NCBI GenBank assembly: GCA_050013255.1
Contig: JBEKFP010000001.1
Span: 768,001 to 832,000, forward strand
DNA: 64,000 nt
Direction of reading: 5' to 3'
DNA from: Candidatus Bathyarchaeia archaeon
GTDB lineage: Archaea; Thermoproteota; Bathyarchaeia; 40CM-2-53-6
Shown here: positions 8,477-19,019 of the stretch, in pieces
How the letters are laid out: each line of letters starts with the position of its first letter
Numbering within the stretch: the stretch's first letter is position 1
Notes under the pieces: model-generated
Database searches by the model: none
Seen by the model: the letters and a program-made list of their open reading frames with translations, nothing else
What the model was told of the DNA's origin: nothing
Position numbers and translations under genes: made by a program

Positions 8477-10015
8477 CTAGGGGCGGTCTTGGTCATTCAT
8501 AAGGTCGGCCCAAACCTTTGCTGGTCTCCAGTTGTAGACTACCGTCTTGAGTCGGGTCATTTCTTCTATGCTGTAGCCGATGCCTTCCCTGCCGATGCCT
8601 GAATCCTTGTTGCCCCCGAACGGGTAGTAACCGACACCATGTCGGGGCGCGGCGTTTATCGTAACCTCACCCTCCTCTAGACGCTTAGCCACTTTTCTTG
8701 CGAGGTTGAGGTTATTAGTGAACACGCATGAATCCAATCCATACCTTGACTTGTTGGCGAGGTCAATAGCTTCATCCACATCTTTCACACGCGCGATGGG
8801 GATTACGGGACCGAAGGTTTCCTCCCACATAATCCTAGCTTCTACTGGAACGTGATCAAGAACTGTCGGGTAATAGTAGTTTCCTTGATGTTTTCCTCCT
8901 GTTAGGAGCTTGGCGCCCTTACCGATGGCGTCTAAGACGAGGCCGTGAACCCTTTCCACAGCCCCATGCTCAATCAGTGGCCCAATCTTGACGGACGGAT
9001 CCCGTGGGTCACCCACTTTGTACGTTCCAACTTCCTTCAGAACTTTCTCTACGAATACGTCTCCGATTTCTTGCTCCACAAGAGCGCGCGACACCGCGTC
9101 ACATCGTTGACCACTATAACTTAGCGACCCCTTCACAGTTTCAGTTGCAGCAAGGTCTAAGTCTGCGTCCTTCAGAACGATGGCGGAACCTTTTCCTCCC
9201 AGCTCCATATGCAACCTCTTCAAGCCGGCGACACGGGCTAGAGTTCTTCCCACTTCCGTGCTACCTGTGAACGTCAACATGCTAATCCTATCGTGACCTG
9301 CCAAATACTGCCCGATTTGCCCCTTGCCCGTGATTACATTGAGTGTGCCCGCAGGTATGCCGGCGAGTTCCAATATTCTTGCGAACATGAGGAAGGAAAG
9401 CGGGTCTTTGCTCGAAGTCTTCACCACAACTGAATTGCCTGCCAGAAGTGCGGGGATAACTTTCGTGGCGGTGATGTAGAGAGGGTAGTTGAAAGGTGAA
9501 ATTGCTAGGACAACGCCCAGCGGCTCCCTGAGCACGTCCGCCGACGTGCCCACGGTCTCCTCAGACCAGTCCCCTGGTATGTGTTCGCCGCGAATCTTGC
9601 CGTACTCATCCGGCGTTAGCTTCAATCGCTCAGCTGTTGCCTTAACCTCTCCTTCCGCATTAGAAATCGGTTTGCCGGCTTCCAGGGTCAGAACTCTGAC
9701 GAAGTGGTCGATATTTTGAAGCAGTATTTCGCGTGCCTGCTGGAAGATTTCTATCTTCTTCACAGCCGGAATAGTTCTGATTAGGTTTCTGTTGACATAG
9801 GATGATTCGACGGCACGTTCGGCCTCTTGTTCCGAAGCCGAGGGAACAGTTGCGATGACTCCCTCATCGATTGGGCTTCGAACCTCAATCCTTTGCGGTA
9901 GTTCCACCCACTTGCCATCCAAGTACATCCTGAAATCCATCATGCCCGAATTGGATATCGAATAAATGGGGTCGAAGACGGTGCCGAGTTTGACGAGTTT
10001 GGTTTTCATTTCCAT
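8477..10015 (-). CDS. gapN: Non-phosphorylating glyceraldehyde-3-phosphate dehydrogenase (ALDH family, archaeal GAPN type)
   Basis: 'PFNYP', 'FTGSTEVG', 'ELGGKG', 'YSGQRCDA', 'EETFGP', 'AAPRHGVGYYPFGG' as in Thermoproteus GAPN. Confidence 0.85.
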   Translation of the reverse strand: MEMKTKLVKLGTVFDPIYSISNSGMMDFRMYLDGKWVELPQRIEVRSPIDEGVIATVPSASEQEAERAVESSYVNRNLIRTIPAVKKIEIFQQAREILLQNIDHFVRVLTLEAGKPISNAEGEVKATAERLKLTPDEYGKIRGEHIPGDWSEETVGTSADVLREPLGVVLAISPFNYPLYITATKVIPALLAGNSVVVKTSSKDPLSFLMFARILELAGIPAGTLNVITGKGQIGQYLAGHDRISMLTFTGSTEVGRTLARVAGLKRLHMELGGKGSAIVLKDADLDLAATETVKGSLSYSGQRCDAVSRALVEQEIGDVFVEKVLKEVGTYKVGDPRDPSVKIGPLIEHGAVERVHGLVLDAIGKGAKLLTGGKHQGNYYYPTVLDHVPVEARIMWEETFGPVIPIARVKDVDEAIDLANKSRYGLDSCVFTNNLNLARKVAKRLEEGEVTINAAPRHGVGYYPFGGNKDSGIGREGIGYSIEEMTRLKTVVYNWRPAKVWADLMNDQDRP

Positions 10016-10048
10016 AACCGATCTTCTCCATTCCGTTGATTCTGAGAG

Positions 10049-10438
10049 CTAGTCGAGTACAGCTTCCGCTTCTATTTCCACAAGCATTTCCGGATTGACT
10101 AGCCCCTTCACTTCGACCAAGCTTGTGGTCGGCCGAATTTCCCTGAAGAATGCGCCGTGCGCTTTGCCAACCTCTTCCCACCGCTTCATGTCGGTAACGT
10201 AGATTCTTGTGCGAACCACATCTTCGAGTCGAGCACCTACCGATTCCAAAGCCCTTTGAATGTTCTTCAAGGTTTGAACAGCTTGTGTTCCCGCGTCTCC
10301 GATTCCAACAATGTTACCTTGCGAGTCGGTTGCAGTGGTCCCTGAAACGTGAACCAGCTTTCCAACCTTCACAACTCTTGAGTAACCAACTATTGGTTCC
10401 CACTTTGTGCCAGATGAAATTTTCATACGCGCGCTCAA
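10049..10438 (-). CDS. RidA/YjgF family protein
   Basis: '[11 protein letters not shown]', 'VSGTT', 'DVVRTRIYV', 'LVEIEAEA'. Confidence 0.9.
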   Translation of the reverse strand: MSARMKISSGTKWEPIVGYSRVVKVGKLVHVSGTTATDSQGNIVGIGDAGTQAVQTLKNIQRALESVGARLEDVVRTRIYVTDMKRWEEVGKAHGAFFREIRPTTSLVEVKGLVNPEMLVEIEAEAVLD

Positions 10439-10632
10439 GCGGACTCACCAGAGAGTTTCAGCGCAGGTTCGTTCTATTAAGGAAGCTCTAAGCGGACTCT
10501 GTCAAGTATCTCGACAGGAGCGCGGGGAATCAATGAGGTGCCAAAAGTGTGGTATAGAACTAATCTCAAGACGTTAGTTATCGCCAAGAGAGAAATTAGC
10601 GTCCGTGAACTTAACAGACGCAAGTGATGCGG

Positions 10633-11487
10633 CTACGTCTTTTTCGCTCTGACAAAGATTACCTTCCAGTCAAACAGGAAGCGCCCGCCTCGGACGAAAT
10701 GTGTCAATTCATGCCTGAGTGCATGCAGTAGTTCTCGTCGCTTCTTCGCCGGCAATTCACTGAACTCCTGTTTGAGGGTCGCCCTCTTGAGCCGCATGTC
10801 CAAATATTCTTGAATACCCTCCAGTGAAATTCTGTAATTGCGAGTTTTGACTTCGGCTCTCTTGAAACCCACCATGTTAAGCTCACGAACCTGTTCATCA
10901 AAGTTCATTTCGCGGTTGCTGAACCGTTCCAATGTTGCGAGCGCTGCCCTGTCGAGACTCAGCTTTTTTGAAGGGTTTTTCGTGCGGTACTGCTGCAAAG
11001 TTTCGCTAAAGATTCTATGCGCTTGAACATCCTTCAAACGCCAATCACTGTAGGCAAACGTCCCCCCATTCCTGAGCACTCGGTAAACTTCTGCAACTGT
11101 TTGACGAAACCCTGCGGGGGAAATTCCACAGTTAGACACAACCACGTCGAATATTTGGTTAGGAAACAGGAGCTTTCGTGCATCCATCAAGAAGAAACGT
11201 ACGTTTCTGAGCCTCGCATTAGGCTCTGTTCCTCTAGCAGCTAGCATAGACTTCGAACGATCTACGCCGAAGACGAAGCCACCCGATTTGACCCTGCGGG
11301 CCGCTTCGAACGCGGCTACACCTGTCCCAGTGCCAATGTCCAGGACGAGTTGGCCTCGAGAGAGGCCCGAGTCAAAGATTAGATCCTCCGCGAACCTTCG
11401 GAATATTGGAACCCAATACCTTCGCCAAGCTCCGGCATCCTCACTCCAGAGACTCATGACAATCTGTTCCGCCTGTTCTAGATTCAT
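10633..11487 (-). CDS. Class I SAM-dependent methyltransferase (UbiE-like)
   Basis: 'VLDIGTGTG', 'GVDRS', 'MDA..L.F...FDVV'; start uncertain (11487 or 11532). Confidence 0.85.
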   Translation of the reverse strand: MNLEQAEQIVMSLWSEDAGAWRRYWVPIFRRFAEDLIFDSGLSRGQLVLDIGTGTGVAAFEAARRVKSGGFVFGVDRSKSMLAARGTEPNARLRNVRFFLMDARKLLFPNQIFDVVVSNCGISPAGFRQTVAEVYRVLRNGGTFAYSDWRLKDVQAHRIFSETLQQYRTKNPSKKLSLDRAALATLERFSNREMNFDEQVRELNMVGFKRAEVKTRNYRISLEGIQEYLDMRLKRATLKQEFSELPAKKRRELLHALRHELTHFVRGGRFLFDWKVIFVRAKKT

Positions 11488-11591
11488 GCTCAAAGGGCTC
11501 AGACCTAGGATGAGTTCACTCTGCAAATGCAAGTATTTCTAGCCTTGGTCATGCAGAAAGGGAGCATACGTTGTGGTCAGAACAATCATAA

Positions 11592-11622
11592 GAAAAAAGG
11601 GGCGGGGCGAGTTTCCTCGTCC
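11592..11622 (-). terminator. Hairpin plus oligo-T terminator
   Basis: Minus strand ggacgag-GAAA-ctcgccc...cttttttct. Confidence 0.5.
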
Positions 11623-11806
11623 ATTGATTTAGTTTAGTTGTATCGGAAGCCTACTAGGTTAACGTGCCATAGTGCGCCGTATTCGCCGCGAAAGTCGCTG
11701 TAAATGTTCATGTAGGTGCCCTGTTGGGCCTGGGTAGTGTCTTGGCCACCCGTTTAGCTTAGGAGATTTAAGGCGGTTCGGAAGGAATCATCTGGACGAA
11801 TCATCA

Positions 11807-13450
11807 ATGACCCTCGAGTCGCGTGCCGGGCCTTGGCTAAACAGTTGGCCTAAGTATGTGCCACGCTCACTTGACTACCCGAACCTCTCTCTAGGAGAGC
11901 TTCTTCGGCGGACAGCCACAAAATCCGCTGAAAAGCCTGCCATCTACTATAGCGGCAACGCAATCACCTACCGGGAACTTGATGCCTTGGCAGACCGCTT
12001 CGGCGCGGCTCTCCAAGCCCTAGGGGTCAAGAAAGGGGACAGAGTAGCACTTTACCTACCGAACCTCCCCCAATTCGTATTCGCCTACTACGGAGCGCTG
12101 CGGGTCGGCGCAATCGCCGTCACAGCAAGCCCACTCTACAAGGAGAGGGAACTCGCCCACATCCTAACAGACTCAGGCGCGAAAGTTCTGGTGTGCCTAG
12201 ACAAGCTGTACTCATACGTCCGATCAGTTAGGGAAAAGACACCGGTCAATCACATCTTCACAACGAGCATCAGCGACTACGTCCCAAGCTCTCCAACGTC
12301 GCCTGCCCCCCCGAACGCAATGAACCTTCGCACACTTCTCGCGGAATATGCAAATCCACCAAGGCCGGTAGAAATCAACCCAAGAAGTGACCTCGCCCTC
12401 CTACAATACACGGGGGGAACAACAGGCGTACCGAAGGGCGCTATGCTGACTCACTACAACCTTGTGGTCAATGCCGTGCAGTTCTCTTCTTGGCTTGGGA
12501 TGAGGTATGGCGCAGAAGTTCACATGTCGGTTCTACCATTCTTTCACATTTACGGGATGACCGTGGCAATGAATGTCCCGGTTCACACAGCTTCTCCAAT
12601 GGTTCTCATCCCTGACGGGCGGGACATCGACGGCATCCTCCAGGCCATCGACAGGTACAAACCCACGATCTTCTGCGGCGTACCGGCCACGTACATATCC
12701 CTAATCAATCAACCCGAAACAAGGCAGCATGACCTACATTCAATTCGCGTCTGCGTTTCAGGCGCCTCACCCCTTCCCATCCGAGTGCAACGGGAATTCG
12801 AGAAATTAACAGGCGGGAGACTCGTTGAAGGTTATGGGTTAACTGAAACAAGCCCCGTCACACACGTCAACCCGCTGGACGACCCCAGCAAGAACCGGCC
12901 TGGTTCAATCGGCATACCAATCTCAGACACGCAAGCGAAAATTGTTGACTTAGAATTAGGCGCGAACGAACTCGCTGCTGGGACGGTTGGTGAGTTAGTG
13001 GTTCGCGGGCCACAGGTCATGGCAGGTTACTGGAAGAACGATGCGGAAACTAGGGCGGTCCTCAGGGACGGTTGGTTCCACACTGGAGACATTGCGGTAA
13101 TGGAGCCTGATGGATATTTTCGTATCGTGGATCGGAAGAAGGATATGATCAACGTTTCCGGTTTGAAGGTCTGGCCTAGGGAGGTGGAGGAAGTTCTCTA
13201 CGAATATCCCCCCATCAAAGAAGTAACCGCAGTCGCCACGCCCGACCCGCAAAGCGGAGAAGCCGTGAAGGCGTTTGTGGTTTTGAAGGAGGAATTCAGA
13301 GGGAAGGTTGTGGCGGCGGATATTATCGCTTTCTGCAAGGATAAAATCGCCGACTACAAGGCGCCCAGAGTTGTTGAGTTCAGGGACGCACTCCCGAAGA
13401 GTTCTGTTGGCAAAATCCTGAGAAGAGAGCTTAGGGGTCAGCCTTCGTAG
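11807..13450 (+). CDS. Long-chain fatty acid--CoA ligase
   Basis: 'QYTGGTTGVPKG', 'EGYGLTE', 'TGD', 'LPKSSVGKILRR'. Confidence 0.92.
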   Translation: MTLESRAGPWLNSWPKYVPRSLDYPNLSLGELLRRTATKSAEKPAIYYSGNAITYRELDALADRFGAALQALGVKKGDRVALYLPNLPQFVFAYYGALRVGAIAVTASPLYKERELAHILTDSGAKVLVCLDKLYSYVRSVREKTPVNHIFTTSISDYVPSSPTSPAPPNAMNLRTLLAEYANPPRPVEINPRSDLALLQYTGGTTGVPKGAMLTHYNLVVNAVQFSSWLGMRYGAEVHMSVLPFFHIYGMTVAMNVPVHTASPMVLIPDGRDIDGILQAIDRYKPTIFCGVPATYISLINQPETRQHDLHSIRVCVSGASPLPIRVQREFEKLTGGRLVEGYGLTETSPVTHVNPLDDPSKNRPGSIGIPISDTQAKIVDLELGANELAAGTVGELVVRGPQVMAGYWKNDAETRAVLRDGWFHTGDIAVMEPDGYFRIVDRKKDMINVSGLKVWPREVEEVLYEYPPIKEVTAVATPDPQSGEAVKAFVVLKEEFRGKVVAADIIAFCKDKIADYKAPRVVEFRDALPKSSVGKILRRELRGQPS

Positions 13451-13525
13451 TACTCTCAGAGTATGGAATTCGAACTAAACAGTTAAGAATTCGCTAACTT
13501 CGCAAGCTTCGACGTAACCGAAACG

Positions 13526-15496
13526 GTGTTTGCATTGGCACTACACGATATTCTCCCAACTACGGTAATGATATTTCCTGAGAATCGGAAGAACCTGAAG
13601 GTTCTCACGGACATTCACATGAAAAGCATTCAAGATCCTGACGCGTTCTGGCGAAAGGCCGCCGACGAGCTCTTTTGGTATGAGAAGAAGGGGCGGGCTT
13701 TTGAGGAGATGGGTCAGCCGCCCTATGGGCGATGGTTCCCCGAATGGAAGACCAACCTCTCCTACAACGCCTTGGACCGGCAGGTTGCCGGCCCGAGAAA
13801 GAAGAAGGTAGCCTACTACTGGGAAGGCGAAAATGGGGACAAGCGAACACTAACCTACACTGACCTGTACGAGGAAGTAAACAAGCTCGCATCAGCGCTG
13901 AAGAAACTTGGAGTCAAGAAAGGCGATAGAGTCACAATCTATCTTCCCATGATCCCTGAGCTCCCCATTAGCATGCTCGCGGTCACAAGGCTTGGGGCCA
14001 TTCACACAGTAATCTTCGCCGGGTTCACAGCGCAATCCATCGCCAGCCGATTGATCGACTCCAAATCCAAAATGGTGATTACAGCCGACGGAGCCTTCAG
14101 GAAAGGGAAAACCCTCGACCTGAAACCCATTGTTGATGAAGCCATCAAACAATCGAGCGGAATTGAGAAAGTCATCGTGGTGAAGAGGGCGAAGAATCAG
14201 ATACCGATGGTGAGCGGGCGCGACATTTGGTACCACGACCTGATTGCTTCCGCCGCCAAGTACGTTGAGCCCGAACCTGTTGAGGGGACACATCCAAGTT
14301 TCATCTTGTATACTTCAGGAACCACGGGAAAGCCGAAGGGCTGTACCCACAGCACCGGCGGCTACATGGTCTGGGCGGACTACACACAGAAAGCAGTTTT
14401 CGACGTCAAGGAGGATGACGTGTACTGGTGCACCGCTGACATTGGCTGGATAACAGGGCACACGTACATCGTCTACGGTCCACTGATAACTGGCGTTACT
14501 TCCCTAATGTACGAAGGCGCGCCTGATTATCCTCAGCCCGACCGGTGGTGGGACCTGGTCGAAAAATACCATGTAACAATCATCTATACGAGCCCCACGG
14601 CTATCAGAATGCACATGAAGTTTGGTGAACAGTGGGCCCAGAAACATAAGCTGACATCGCTCAGGCTGCTCGGAACTGTTGGGGAGCCCATCAACCCTGA
14701 AGCGTGGAGATGGTACTTCAAGAACATAGGCCGCGAGAAATGCCAGATCGTAGATACTTGGTGGCAAACTGAAACGGGCGGAATCCTAATCAGCCCACAA
14801 CCGGGCATCGTCCCAATTCCACTGAAAGCTGGATCCGCTACGCTCCCCATCGCGGGAGTTGACGCTGACGTTTACGGAGAAACTGGCGAACCCGTGAAGG
14901 TTGGCGAGAAAGGGTACATGGTCATTAAACGGCCCTGGCCAGGCCAGTTCATGACCTTATGGAACGACCCCGATAAGTTCAAGCAGGTATACTTCACCCG
15001 GTTCCCTGGAATCTACTACGCAGGCGACTACGCCCTAAGGGACGACGACGGTTACTTCTGGCTACTGGGACGGGCTGACGAGGTGTTGAAGGTTGCAGGC
15101 CATAGACTTGGAACCATCGAACTAGAAGACAGCCTCATCTCACACCCAGCGGTCGCGGAATCAGCCGTAATCGGGAAGGCTGACCCGATCAAAATGGAAG
15201 TACCAGTCGCATTCGTAGTTCTCAAACCCGGCTTCGACCCCACACCAGAACTCAAAAAGGAATTGATGAACCACGTGAGAACAACCATTGGACCAATAGC
15301 AGTGCCGGAGGCAGTTTACTTCGTCGCCAAGCTCCCGAAGACACGCAGTGCCAAAATCATGAGGCGGGTTGTACGGGCCGTCGTCGAAGGCAAACCCATC
15401 GGCGACGTCACAACGCTTGAAGACGAAACAAGCGTCGAAGAGATGAAGAACGCGTACAGCGAGCTCCAAGCCGAAATGGCGAGAACGGGTAAGTAG
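13526..15496 (+). CDS. acs: Acetyl-CoA synthetase (AMP-forming); start may be ATG 13568
   Basis: 'YTSGTTGKPKG', 'ADIGWITGHTY', 'VDTWWQTETG', 'PKTRSAKIMRR'. Confidence 0.95.
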   Translation: MFALALHDILPTTVMIFPENRKNLKVLTDIHMKSIQDPDAFWRKAADELFWYEKKGRAFEEMGQPPYGRWFPEWKTNLSYNALDRQVAGPRKKKVAYYWEGENGDKRTLTYTDLYEEVNKLASALKKLGVKKGDRVTIYLPMIPELPISMLAVTRLGAIHTVIFAGFTAQSIASRLIDSKSKMVITADGAFRKGKTLDLKPIVDEAIKQSSGIEKVIVVKRAKNQIPMVSGRDIWYHDLIASAAKYVEPEPVEGTHPSFILYTSGTTGKPKGCTHSTGGYMVWADYTQKAVFDVKEDDVYWCTADIGWITGHTYIVYGPLITGVTSLMYEGAPDYPQPDRWWDLVEKYHVTIIYTSPTAIRMHMKFGEQWAQKHKLTSLRLLGTVGEPINPEAWRWYFKNIGREKCQIVDTWWQTETGGILISPQPGIVPIPLKAGSATLPIAGVDADVYGETGEPVKVGEKGYMVIKRPWPGQFMTLWNDPDKFKQVYFTRFPGIYYAGDYALRDDDGYFWLLGRADEVLKVAGHRLGTIELEDSLISHPAVAESAVIGKADPIKMEVPVAFVVLKPGFDPTPELKKELMNHVRTTIGPIAVPEAVYFVAKLPKTRSAKIMRRVVRAVVEGKPIGDVTTLEDETSVEEMKNAYSELQAEMARTGK

Positions 15497-15511
15497 CCAG
15501 AGGGAACTGAG

Positions 15512-16084
15512 ATGAGTTCAAAAGCATCAGCGCTTGCGAATCCTGCGCCACTCGGTTTGATGGGCTTTGGAATGACAACGGTCCTGCTCAACCTCCACAA
15601 CATGGGCTTCTTCGGAATCAGCAGCATCGTTGTGGCGATGGGGATCTTCTACGGCGGCCTCGCGCAGATAGTGGCGGGTGCGATGGAGTTCCGGAAGGGA
15701 AACACCTTCGGAACCTTAGCCTTCACTTCCTACGGGCTTTTCTGGTTGACGCTCGTCTTCATAATAATCTCCGGCGCTGAACGGCCGCTCTTTGCACCAG
15801 ACAACGCTGCTTGGGCGGCGTACTTGTTCATGTGGGGCCTCTTCACAATGGGAATGTTCTTCGGAACCCTCAAAACCAACCGCGCGCTTCAGACAGTATT
15901 CCTTTCGCTCGCAATACTCTTCTTCCTACTCACTGCGGCGCAGGCAATCCCACAGCTTGGCCTAATCGCTGGAATCGAAGGAGTTTTTTGCGGCTTCAGC
16001 GCATTCTACCTATCACTCGCGGAGGTCCTGAACGAAGCCCACAACCGTACAGTCCTACCCATTGGACCCATGAAATCCGCCTGA
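15512..16084 (+). CDS. satP: Acetate uptake transporter (GPR1/FUN34/YaaH)
   Basis: '[12 protein letters not shown]', 'GNTFG', 'SYGLFW'. Confidence 0.93.
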   Translation: MSSKASALANPAPLGLMGFGMTTVLLNLHNMGFFGISSIVVAMGIFYGGLAQIVAGAMEFRKGNTFGTLAFTSYGLFWLTLVFIIISGAERPLFAPDNAAWAAYLFMWGLFTMGMFFGTLKTNRALQTVFLSLAILFFLLTAAQAIPQLGLIAGIEGVFCGFSAFYLSLAEVLNEAHNRTVLPIGPMKSA

Positions 16085-16130
16085 GTTGCGCATAGGCGAA
16101 AAAAGAGACGAAAAACGCGTAAGCCTATTC

Positions 16131-16166
16131 ACTTTTCATAACCAGTTTTGCCTCGCTATGAAAAGT
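16131..16166. promoter_or_regulatory. Perfect 10-bp inverted repeat (terminator or operator) between satP and the STAND gene
   Basis: acttttcata-N16-tatgaaaagt. Confidence 0.4.
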
Positions 16167-16287
16167 CTGTCAAAAAGCCTCGACTCAACTCCCGTTTTCA
16201 AGTGGGCGTGTATTTCTCGGCGAGTTACGGAAAACCTATTCTGTACTGGGGGAGTTATTGTAGAGTATTCGGTGCGGACTGACTCCT

Positions 16288-18594
16288 TTGACTGAAAATG
16301 GGAGCCACGCAGGTTTCGAGAAATCTTCCATTGGACGCGAAGGAGGCCGACGTGACCCCTTCTCAACCATGCGAATTTTTGAGAAGCTTGGACGCGGCCC
16401 AACCAACCTGCCAGCGCAACCTACACCTCTAGTCGATCGTGAGAAGGAGTTCATGGCGGTGCGGGGGCTACTTCAAAGTGAGACTCGGCTCGTAACATTG
16501 ACGGGGCCAGGTGGAACTGGAAAAACACGCCTCGCCTTGGAAATTGCGTCAACGCTAGTCGACAATTTCCCGGGCGGAGTCTTTCTCATCCCCCTAGCTC
16601 CAATTACTGATCCAGGCCTAGTTCCTTCGGAAATAGCATCAACGCTGGGGGTTACCGAAAAAGGAGGACAATCGATTGGGGAGACCATCAAGGAATTCTT
16701 GAGAGACAAAGCAATGCTCCTGGTTCTTGACAACTTCGAGCAAGTAGTCTCAGCCGCGCCCATCGCAGCTGAACTCCTGCACGAATGCCCGAAACTGAAG
16801 ATTCTGGTGACAAGCCGGACACCCCTGCGGATTCGGGGCGAACATGAATTGCTAGTGCATCCGCTCGCGCTGCCGGAACCGGAGAAATCCGCGTCCGTGG
16901 ACGTGCTACTAAGTTCGCCATCCGTAACGCTGTTCGTTCAACGAGCTAAAGCGGTAAGGCCTGAATTCGAATTAACCCCAGAGAATGCGCGTACCGTGGC
17001 GGAAGTCTGCATCCGAGTCGACGGCCTACCTCTGGCCCTGGAGTTAGCGGCCGTTCGAATCCGAATAATGTCGCCTGAAATCATACTCAAACGTTTGGAG
17101 AAGCGTCTTGGGTTGCTGACGGGTGGGGCGCAGGATCTACCCGCCAGGCAAAGGACGCTGCGCGATACCATCGCTTGGAGTTATGATTTGTTCGACCCTA
17201 TTGCCAAGAAGGTTTTCCGCCGTGTATCCGTGTTCGTTGGGGGATTTTCGTTGGACGCTGCTCAATCAGTCTGCGGCACCTTTCCGGATGGGGATGTTGA
17301 TGCGCTGGATTCCCTTTCGAAGCTTGTTGAAGGAAATCTGGTGTATCGCGTAGATGCTGGAGGTGAGATGCGCTTCGGGATGCTGGAAACAATCCGCGAG
17401 TTTGCCTTGGAATCATTGGAGACAGCAGGTGAGTCAGGAAAGGCGCTTGAAGCCTATTCCAACTTCTTCCTAAAATTCGCTGAGAAAGCTGAACCGGAGT
17501 TGAGAAGGCCTGATCAAGCCGAATGGTTGACGCAAATTGACCGTGATCATGATAATCTGCGCGCGGTGATTCGCTGGTCAATTGAAAACGGCAATGTTGA
17601 CCTGAGCCTTCGTCTTGCTTCTCTTCTATGGCGGTTCTGGTACATCCGCGGACACTGGACTGAGGGGCGCGTATGGATTGCAAGAACCATCGATAAGTCC
17701 GGGTCAACCCAAAGTGTGGCGCGCGCAAAAGCACTCTTTGGAAATGGGGTGCTAGCATCTGTTCAAGATGACTTTCCTGCCGCACATTCTCTTTTGGATC
17801 GCAGTCTAGCTTTGTTTCGGGAACTAGGGGACAAAGAAGGGATCGCCTTCGCTTTGAACAGCTTGGCGATTGTTGCACGAAACGAGGGGGATCTTTCGGG
17901 GGGCATGAAACTGCAGGAGGACAGCTTGGCTCTGATGCGGGAAATAGGAAACAAATGGGGCATCGCTCTGGTTCTCATGAATATGGGAGTTGGGCTGCGC
18001 GCTCAAGGTGACCATGCGAAAGCGGCTAAACTCCACGAACAGAGCTTGCAGTTGTTCAGAGAGTTAGGAGATAAGCGGTACATCGCACGCATGCTCATCA
18101 ACCTCGGAATAGACTCGAGGGATAAAGGAGATCTCAAACAATCGCGCCGACTACTTACTGAAAGTCTGTCTCTTTCCCGTGAAATGGGAGAGAAGATCGG
18201 GATTGCAGAATCCCTCCTTTACCTAGGCAGCGTTGCGAAAAGACAAGGAGAATACAGTTCAGCAGTCGAGCTTCTTCGTGAATCCTTGGCGGTATATTAT
18301 GAACTTGGAGACAAGGAAGGCATCGCAACATGTTTCGACGAATATGCGAGTTGCGATTGCGCACGAGGAGCAGTGGAGCACGCAACTAGGCTTATGGGAG
18401 CATGCGATGCACTTCGCGAATTTGCTCATGTACCTATCCCCCCAGCATACCGCGCAGACCATGAGCGTGATGTAACCCTCGCACGAACAAAACTGCGTCC
18501 TGAAGAATTTGATGTGGAATGGGCGAACGGGCGGGTAATGACACTAGAACAAGCAGTAAAGTTCGTTCTAGGGCTCGAATCCGAAAGAGTATGA
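16288..18594 (+). CDS. STAND-class (NB-ARC-like) NTPase with C-terminal TPR repeats
   Basis: Walker A 'GPGGTGKT', Walker B 'LLVLDNFE', 'DGLPLALELAA', about 6 TPR units of the 'SLALFRELGDKEGIA' type. Confidence 0.9.
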   Translation: MTENGSHAGFEKSSIGREGGRRDPFSTMRIFEKLGRGPTNLPAQPTPLVDREKEFMAVRGLLQSETRLVTLTGPGGTGKTRLALEIASTLVDNFPGGVFLIPLAPITDPGLVPSEIASTLGVTEKGGQSIGETIKEFLRDKAMLLVLDNFEQVVSAAPIAAELLHECPKLKILVTSRTPLRIRGEHELLVHPLALPEPEKSASVDVLLSSPSVTLFVQRAKAVRPEFELTPENARTVAEVCIRVDGLPLALELAAVRIRIMSPEIILKRLEKRLGLLTGGAQDLPARQRTLRDTIAWSYDLFDPIAKKVFRRVSVFVGGFSLDAAQSVCGTFPDGDVDALDSLSKLVEGNLVYRVDAGGEMRFGMLETIREFALESLETAGESGKALEAYSNFFLKFAEKAEPELRRPDQAEWLTQIDRDHDNLRAVIRWSIENGNVDLSLRLASLLWRFWYIRGHWTEGRVWIARTIDKSGSTQSVARAKALFGNGVLASVQDDFPAAHSLLDRSLALFRELGDKEGIAFALNSLAIVARNEGDLSGGMKLQEDSLALMREIGNKWGIALVLMNMGVGLRAQGDHAKAAKLHEQSLQLFRELGDKRYIARMLINLGIDSRDKGDLKQSRRLLTESLSLSREMGEKIGIAESLLYLGSVAKRQGEYSSAVELLRESLAVYYELGDKEGIATCFDEYASCDCARGAVEHATRLMGACDALREFAHVPIPPAYRADHERDVTLARTKLRPEEFDVEWANGRVMTLEQAVKFVLGLESERV

Positions 18595-18668
18595 GATGTC
18601 CTCAAGCCTTGACAAAAACCTCGTAAAGACGATTTATCGCAAACCTTTTTTACAAAACTTCACGAAGA

Positions 18669-19019
18669 ATGCCTATGGAAAATGACGACGACATTCTGAA
18701 GGTTTGGGGGCTTTCCCATGCTTTCGGGAAAGACTGGAACACGTACTTCAGTTTGGTGACTTTGGACACTGGCAAAACACAGGAAATGTTCTTCAACCAC
18801 ATTAAGAACGCATTCAAGGCTGTAGAAAAGCACGTAACCAACAAAAACCTTCGAATCAACATCGTGGGCATAACGTTCGGCCACGCCGATGCGGTCATAG
18901 TGTGGCAGGCCAAAAATTCAGAGGCTGCAAAGGCATTCAGGGACGCTGTGCTGGCGGGCAATGGTCACCACAGCATCACCATGTGCTGTATTGCCAGCGA
19001 TGGTCACGGTCACAGCTGA
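18669..19019 (+). CDS. GYD-domain-like / dimeric alpha-beta barrel small protein
   Basis: 'TFGHADAVIVWQAKNSEAA' resembles the GYD motif; His/Cys-rich C-terminus. Confidence 0.55.
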   Translation: MPMENDDDILKVWGLSHAFGKDWNTYFSLVTLDTGKTQEMFFNHIKNAFKAVEKHVTNKNLRINIVGITFGHADAVIVWQAKNSEAAKAFRDAVLAGNGHHSITMCCIASDGHGHS

